A DNA stretch of 32,000 nt. It comes from Synechocystis sp. PCC 6803 substr. PCC-P (lineage in GTDB: Bacteria > Cyanobacteriota > Cyanobacteriia > Cyanobacteriales > Microcystaceae). Below are positions 30,004 through 32,000 of this stretch, one piece after another. Made by a program: the position numbers and the translations under genes. The notes under the pieces were generated by a model. The model was not told the DNA's origin. It worked only from the letters and a program-made list of their open reading frames with translations, and did not search any database. The stretch lies in contig NC_017039.1 in the NCBI RefSeq assembly GCF_000284455.1, forward strand, positions 2,520,001 to 2,552,000. Reading direction: 5' to 3'. Each line of letters begins with the position of its first letter. Position 1 is the first letter of the stretch.

Positions 30004-30789
30004 TTAATCTCCATTTTGGCTTTCGGCAAAGTAGGAGACTGGGTCATCGATGTGGGAGAAAGCATCGCTGATACTCTGTTTAAGATGATTAAAGGTCTCT
30101 GTTATTGGGGAGTCTTGGTAGTCCGTGAACTCGATGATTTGAAAAGACTGGATTTCCATGTCATTCATTCTCCATTCGGCGTTCCCCCTGATGCCAACAA
30201 TCTCATACAATCTTTGCCCAGCTTGACGAACGATCGCCTTTTTAGCATCACAGTAGAGTATTTTACCGGACATCATTTTGATCGCAACTTTGGGTTCACT
30301 GCCGCCGACTCGAATGATTTCTCCGTAGAGTGTGGTTTCCCCTTGCATTGTAATAGATGCAGGAATTTCTAATGTTTGATTGATTGAGGTTAGATATTTA
30401 CGACTCCCATTGACGGCATAAAATTCCGTATTAAATCCTCCTTTCTTAGAGAGTTGACGAATCTTGGCAATGCTTTCAACGGTTTTTGAGGGAAGAATTT
30501 CGAGCTTGCGGGTCTCTATGCAATGGGAAACGGCTTCAAAGGCAGGAACCGTGATTTCGGGTAGACTAGGCTCATACTCCAGGATATAGCCATCACCTTT
30601 AACGTTTTTCAGACCGACTATGATGTCATTGGTACGGATCTCGGAATGCTTATCATGAACGTAAGTGCTGATTATTTCTTCTGTCGCTGCAATTAATTCG
30701 CCAATATCCTTCGACCTGACTTTGCCGGGGGATATCCCTGCTCCAGTCAAGCTTGTTTCAATCGTGGTATCTCCATAGCTTTGGGTCAT
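30004..30789 (-). CDS. Hypothetical 261-aa protein in an operon with the PIN-domain gene; function unknown
   Basis: Long ORF with ordinary amino-acid composition; TAA stop is 9 nt upstream of the PIN gene ATG on the same strand. Confidence 0.75.
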   Translation of the reverse strand: MTQSYGDTTIETSLTGAGISPGKVRSKDIGELIAATEEIISTYVHDKHSEIRTNDIIVGLKNVKGDGYILEYEPSLPEITVPAFEAVSHCIETRKLEILPSKTVESIAKIRQLSKKGGFNTEFYAVNGSRKYLTSINQTLEIPASITMQGETTLYGEIIRVGGSEPKVAIKMMSGKILYCDAKKAIVRQAGQRLYEIVGIRGNAEWRMNDMEIQSFQIIEFTDYQDSPITETFNHLKQSISDAFSHIDDPVSYFAESQNGD

Positions 30790-30901
30790 TGTAGGTTGGC
30801 ACGGAGTTGATTGCGTGGCCTCTACAGTGAGAATAACAAGTAATCGACTCTGTGGATAGATGGGAGAGGGTCAGCTTATTTGCTTTTTTTGACACTGCGC
30901 T

Positions 30902-31165
30902 ATGGGATCATTCTGTCTTCCCTTTCTTACTCCGGAGTTGACGGGGCTTTTTCTTGGTGGTAGTCGCCAGTGCTACCGATTAATTGCCGGTGTGATTGAG
31001 TTATGTCCAGAATTGGAATTAATATTAAAGGAAATGAGGCGCTTGGGATGGACTGAAGAACGGGGGAGAGGTTATTTGCAGGAAAATTTTCGCAAGCGTT
31101 CTAGATATGAGTTAACAATTGAGGAATGTCAACTGTTTTTATTTTACCCACAAAATTTGCTGTAA
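30902..31165 (+). CDS. Small hypothetical protein, 87 aa
   Basis: ORF MGSFCLPFLTPELTGLFLGGSRQCYRLIAGVIELCPELELILKEMRRLGWTEERGRGYLQENFRKRSRYELTIEECQLFLFYPQNLL; helical, charged, plausible protein, no recognised family. Confidence 0.5.
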   Translation: MGSFCLPFLTPELTGLFLGGSRQCYRLIAGVIELCPELELILKEMRRLGWTEERGRGYLQENFRKRSRYELTIEECQLFLFYPQNLL

Positions 31166-31321
31166 TTATTTAACCTTGCTAGTGAGTTTTTCCTGAATGA
31201 TTGTTTGCTTATTGAGCAAATCATTTCGCTAGGCATTGGTAACATCTCTACAACTGCAGTTTTTTGATCGTAGGCGATCGCCAAAGGTACAGGTTAATTG
31301 GTTAACAAAAACTTTCTGGTT

Positions 31322-31615
31322 TTAAATAACAGGAAATACTTTGTAATAAATCATCACAAAAATAGTCAAGATATTAATGGCGTAGTTAAATAAAAGGGGC
31401 CACATATTAGCATCAGTTCTTGCCTGCTCATAAAGAACAAACACCAGCGTAAGGACTTCCCCGATAAACCACGATCCTAAAAACAAGGGAGACAAACCGT
31501 TAGCATTGCCATTCAGCCAACATTCGTAGGCCTGGGGGATGCCACAAACTGCCAACATGAAAGCGCCGATCCATCCTATGGCCCTGAGATTTTGATTTGC
31601 TGGTTCTTGTTGCAT
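31322..31615 (-). CDS. PQ-loop repeat (SemiSWEET-like) small membrane protein
   Basis: 97 aa, about three TM segments, PQ-loop motif GIPQAYECWLNGNANGLSPLFLGSWFIGEVLTLVFVL. Confidence 0.75.
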   Translation of the reverse strand: MQQEPANQNLRAIGWIGAFMLAVCGIPQAYECWLNGNANGLSPLFLGSWFIGEVLTLVFVLYEQARTDANMWPLLFNYAINILTIFVMIYYKVFPVI

Positions 31616-31787
31616 CGATGCTTTTTTAACGCTGGTTTAACAATGTGGAACGATTATCTGAATTTATCCAAATCCTATTTGCTCTAAAAGTTAATTAACC
31701 TTCCCATTTAGCCATTTTTAACCATTTGTTGACTTTCTCAGACTTTTTGGAGCCATGGGAGATTATTGTCAGTTTTTTGTTTTAGGG

Positions 31788-32000
31788 TCAATAAATTTCC
31801 TCCATTTTCTTGTCCTGGCCTAGGTTAAGCCGTTGGGCATTGGCCACTTCTCCACAACTGCGGGGGGTAGGAAAAAGCTTACCAGGATTAGCTAAGTTAT
31901 CAGGATTAAAACATTGTCTGACCCATTGCATTGTTTCTAAATCTACTTCGTTGAACATATTGGGCATAAAGCAATTTTTATCAATGCCAATGCCGTGTTC
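31788..32000 (-). CDS. glcD: FAD-linked oxidase / glycolate oxidase subunit GlcD-like, C-terminal part (5' end runs off the window)
   Basis: Reverse translation EHGIGIDKNCFMPNMFNEVDLETMQWVRQCFNPDNLANPGKLFPTPRSCGEVANAQRLNLGQDKKMEEIY-stop; GEHGIG and NPGK motifs. Confidence 0.88.
   Translation of the reverse strand, partial: EHGIGIDKNCFMPNMFNEVDLETMQWVRQCFNPDNLANPGKLFPTPRSCGEVANAQRLNLGQDKKMEEIY

Larger units (their letters stand above)
3453..31281. repeat. Dispersed HIP1 (highly iterated palindrome) octamers GCGATCGC, roughly one per kb; first clear copy at 3453-3460, last at 31274-31281
   Basis: GCGATCGC seen by eye in many places (e.g. near 4337, 10344, 11822, 12957, 14840, 18061, 18602, 21003, 28032), in genes and intergenic DNA. 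Exact count not computed. Confidence 0.9.

Noticed and set aside
1-32000. CRISPR array, tRNA/rRNA genes, prophage, restriction-modification or retron-like system
   Set aside because: Looked for regular spaced repeats, tRNA cloverleaf-like segments and marker proteins (Cas, integrase, methyltransferase, reverse transcriptase) and saw none. A tRNAscan or Infernal run was not possible.

Overview
The window looks like chromosomal DNA of a unicellular cyanobacterium. From memory of gene order and protein sequences it matches Synechocystis sp. PCC 6803 (slr0224-slr0233, sll0191-sll0202, sll0404-sll0416, slr0434-slr0436 region); I could not run a search to confirm this. Most of it is housekeeping genes: mnmG (partial), petE, ftsH2, tatC, a DedA protein, a thioredoxin, groEL2 with a perfect CIRCE operator, an ABC ATPase, menC plus a hotdog thioesterase, a cyclophilin, efp, accB, ccmO and glcD (partial). 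Two near-identical IS630/Tc1-mariner elements (ISY100-like, 946 and 947 bp) each interrupt a gene at a TA dinucleotide: a sterol desaturase/fatty acid hydroxylase family gene and an AlkA-like HhH-GPD glycosylase gene. In both cases, removing the element plus one TA restores a continuous, family-typical protein in silico. One copy carries a 1-nt deletion in a poly-A run (A9 versus A10) that splits its transposase ORF. I found no clear multi-gene novel defence or biosynthetic system. The best candidate for an undescribed module is the two-gene minus-strand operon at 29509-30789: a PIN-domain RNase-like protein behind an unusually large 261-aa partner of unknown function, 9 nt apart.
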